A stretch of DNA of 64,000 nucleotides, taken from NCBI GenBank assembly GCA_945787715.1, contig CALZJE010000003.1, positions 6,088 to 70,087 on the forward strand, read 5' to 3'. This stretch comes from an uncultured Ectothiorhodospiraceae bacterium. Its GTDB lineage: Bacteria > Pseudomonadota > Gammaproteobacteria > S012-40. Below the pieces are notes generated by a model, which worked only from the letters and a program-made list of their open reading frames with translations, did not search any database and was not told the DNA's origin. A program made the position numbers and the translations under genes. How positions within the stretch are numbered: position 1 is the first letter of the stretch; the number at the start of each line of letters is the position of its first letter. Shown piece by piece: positions 61,752-64,000 of the stretch.

Positions 61752-63080
61752 ATGTATTTTTCAGAATATTGGCGATTATTTTTATTAGTATTCTCTGCCG
61801 GGATTGTCGGTTTGGTAATTGATCAATTGCTATTTGGGATACTTATAGGCGTCTCGATCTATTTAGTGCGCCATCTCAAGTATATCCGAAAACTCCATAA
61901 GTGGCTGAGCAATACCAAAAGTAGTCAAGAGCCACCTGAAGGTTCTGGAATCTGGTTCGGTATTTTCAGTAAGATCTACGCGTTACAAAAACGAAATAAA
62001 AGCCAAAAAATAAAACTAGCATCTGCATTAACCCGATTTCAGGAAGCAGCATCTGCAATGCCCGATGCTATGGTCATCTTGACTCAAGAAGGAAAAATCG
62101 AGTGGTTTAACCAGGCCGCAAAATTCTTGCTGGGGCTCAAATCACCGCAAGATATTGATCAACATATCATCAATTTGATCCGATTCCCGGCATTTAAAAA
62201 ATATTTAGATGATCAGCAAAGGGATGAAGAAGGACTGGAGATTATTTCACCTTACAATGAGAGATTAATTCTTCAGCTTCGTATGGTGCCTTATGGTCGC
62301 GGAAAGGCACTTTTGGTGGCAAGAGATGTGACGAGAGTTAGCCAACTTGAGCAGGTTCGTCGTCATTTTGTGGCAAATATTTCACATGAGTTACGCACGC
62401 CATTAACTGTATTAACGGGTTATATGGAAACACTGCTTGCCAATGATGAAAGTAATCAGAATGATTGGCATCAACCTGTTCAACAGATGTATTCTCAAAC
62501 AAATCGCATGCAAGGAATCGTTAAAGATCTACTCTTGTTAACGCGTCTTGAAAACTATAATCAAGAAGTTGAAGGAACGACAGTTAATGTCACTGAATTA
62601 ATTGAAATGTTGTTGGAAGAGGCCAGAATGCTTGGTCATAACAAGAAGCAAGCGCTAACTGCAGATTATGACACCAGCTTAAAGTTAAAAGGTAAACGGG
62701 AAGATCTGCAGAGTGCATTTTCAAATTTGGTGAGTAATGCGGTCAGATACACGCCTGAAAACGGCAAAATTCACATAAAATGGTTTCAGGATGAAGCAGG
62801 TGCTCACTTTGTGGTTGAGGATTCAGGAATGGGTGTGTCTAAGATGGATATTCCTCGACTGACTGAACGCTTTTTCCGTGTAGATGAAGCTCGATCGCGT
62901 GAGACAGGTGGCACTGGGCTCGGCCTAGCAATCGTTAAGCATGTGTTAAATAGCCATAATGGCAATCTCTCGATTAAAAGTTCTTTAGGTAAAGGTAGTG
63001 CTTTCTCCTGTAACTTTCCATTAGATAGAATCGTGTCTGAAAATGCAGTCGTTCCGCTAGAAAGTAATAAATCGGCTTAG
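61752..63080 (+). CDS. phoR: Phosphate regulon sensor histidine kinase PhoR
   Basis: N-terminal transmembrane hairpin, PAS domain, H-box FVANISHELRTPLTVL, and GTGLGLAIVKHV. Confidence 0.9.
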   Translation: MYFSEYWRLFLLVFSAGIVGLVIDQLLFGILIGVSIYLVRHLKYIRKLHKWLSNTKSSQEPPEGSGIWFGIFSKIYALQKRNKSQKIKLASALTRFQEAASAMPDAMVILTQEGKIEWFNQAAKFLLGLKSPQDIDQHIINLIRFPAFKKYLDDQQRDEEGLEIISPYNERLILQLRMVPYGRGKALLVARDVTRVSQLEQVRRHFVANISHELRTPLTVLTGYMETLLANDESNQNDWHQPVQQMYSQTNRMQGIVKDLLLLTRLENYNQEVEGTTVNVTELIEMLLEEARMLGHNKKQALTADYDTSLKLKGKREDLQSAFSNLVSNAVRYTPENGKIHIKWFQDEAGAHFVVEDSGMGVSKMDIPRLTERFFRVDEARSRETGGTGLGLAIVKHVLNSHNGNLSIKSSLGKGSAFSCNFPLDRIVSENAVVPLESNKSA

Positions 63081-63185
63081 GAGTCCTGTCACACTCCTAG
63101 CCCGTCGCTTTAAAATTACTGCTTTGTTGCACTTTTTCTCATTATTTCACCATTTAATTTACTGATTTCATTGGCTGTAATAATA

Positions 63186-63226
63186 CTGTCATATTTATGT
63201 AATAAAACTGTCAGCAAATGGATTCA
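63186..63226 (+). promoter_or_regulatory. Tandem Pho boxes upstream of pstS
   Basis: CTGTCATATTT-ATGTAATAAAA-CTGTCAGCAAA-TGGATTC, with TGTnA half sites in 11-bp phase at 63187, 63198 and 63209. Confidence 0.6.
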
Positions 63227-63297
63227 TACTTCCCCAAAATTTAAACAGTCGTTTTCTAATTAATGACTGAGACGGTTTCACATTTAGGAGTGTTTTA

Positions 63298-64000
63298 ATG
63301 AAAACGAGAATTACATCTATACTATCGGCGATGGTGATTGGGCTATCTGCCAGTAATGTTATGGCAAGTAAAGTTGATCCAGACTTACACGTTTATGAAA
63401 AAGTGAGTGGTGTTTCTGGTAACCTTTCAAGTGTAGGTTCAGATACGTTGGCAAATTTAATGACTTTATGGGCTGAAGCGTTTAAAACTGCTTACCCCAA
63501 TGTAAATATCCAAATCCAGGCAGCTGGTTCTTCTACTGCTCCTCCTGCGTTAACGGAGGGTACTGCGAACTTCGGCCCCATGAGCCGCCAAATGAAGAGT
63601 AAAGAGATCGAAGCATTTGAGAAGAAATATGGTTACAAACCTACAAAAATTCCAGTCGCGATTGATGCGTTGGCGGTATACGTTCATAAAGATAATCCGA
63701 TTAAAGAGCTAACTATTCCACAAGTTGATGCGATATTTTCTTCAACAAGAAAATGTAACTACGACGAAGACTTGACCACTTGGGGTGATCTTGGACAAAC
63801 AGGTGCGTGGAAAACTCGCAGCATCCAACTATTTGGTCGTAACTCGGTTTCTGGTACTTACGGTTATTTCAAGAAGAAAGGGCTGTGTAAAGGCGATTTC
63901 AAAAACAATGTAAATGAGCAGCCTGGTTCTGCTTCTGTTGTTCAATCTGTTTCGACGTCACTAAATGGTATTGGGTATTCAGGCATCGGCTATAAAACAT
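63298..64000 (+). CDS. pstS: Phosphate ABC transporter substrate-binding protein PstS (3' end outside the window)
   Basis: My own translation: [23 protein letters not shown]|[54 protein letters not shown].. SD AGGAG is present. The frame stays open to the window end. Confidence 0.88.
   Translation, partial: MKTRITSILSAMVIGLSASNVMASKVDPDLHVYEKVSGVSGNLSSVGSDTLANLMTLWAEAFKTAYPNVNIQIQAAGSSTAPPALTEGTANFGPMSRQMKSKEIEAFEKKYGYKPTKIPVAIDALAVYVHKDNPIKELTIPQVDAIFSSTRKCNYDEDLTTWGDLGQTGAWKTRSIQLFGRNSVSGTYGYFKKKGLCKGDFKNNVNEQPGSASVVQSVSTSLNGIGYSGIGYKT

Overview
Origin-proximal chromosomal segment of a low-GC gammaproteobacterium. Gene order is dnaN'-recF-gyrB, fbp, plsC-gmhB, glyS-glyQ, then glnA / ntrB-ntrC, yibN-trxC-secB-gpsA, gpmI-envC-ctpA-yibQ-yajL, a moxR/DUF58/batA-batB-batD aerotolerance operon and phoB-phoR-pstS'. 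From memory, the dnaN..glyQ order resembles the Pseudomonas PA0002-PA0009 layout. Most of the window is ordinary, densely packed housekeeping DNA. I recognised no rRNA, tRNA, CRISPR array, transposase or integrase. Four things stand out. (1) A roughly 8 kb insert between ntrC and trmL (22.3-30.6 kb) looks GC-richer by eye. It carries a good sigma-54 promoter (TGGCAT-N5-CTGCT), five tightly linked genes and a convergent sigma-54 enhancer-binding protein. The five genes encode a 239-aa protein with acidic, poly-cationic and glycine-zipper segments, an orphan HExxH protein, a 622-aa protein with no motif I recognise, an AmpD/PGRP-type amidase and a V8-like S1B serine protease. I see no clear export signal on any of them. 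I think this is the candidate undescribed system: possibly a protease-gated, membrane-active pro-peptide plus cell-wall amidase module. (2) A non-coding, AT-rich 1.1 kb region (13.7-14.86 kb) holds two homologous ~260-bp modules about 641 bp apart. Each module has a cluster of DnaA-box-like 9-mers, one of them a perfect TGTGGATAA, next to an ATATATCTATATATAAAAA tract. This is a candidate duplicated oriC or a datA-like DnaA sink. (3) Two gene-decay relics: a frameshifted beta-propeller gene and a miniaturised EAL-domain remnant that stays in frame but contains stop codons. (4) A 144-bp element with ~25-bp terminal inverted repeats and a nested hairpin sits between convergent genes. All functional calls come from reading the translated ORFs and motifs; no database search was run.
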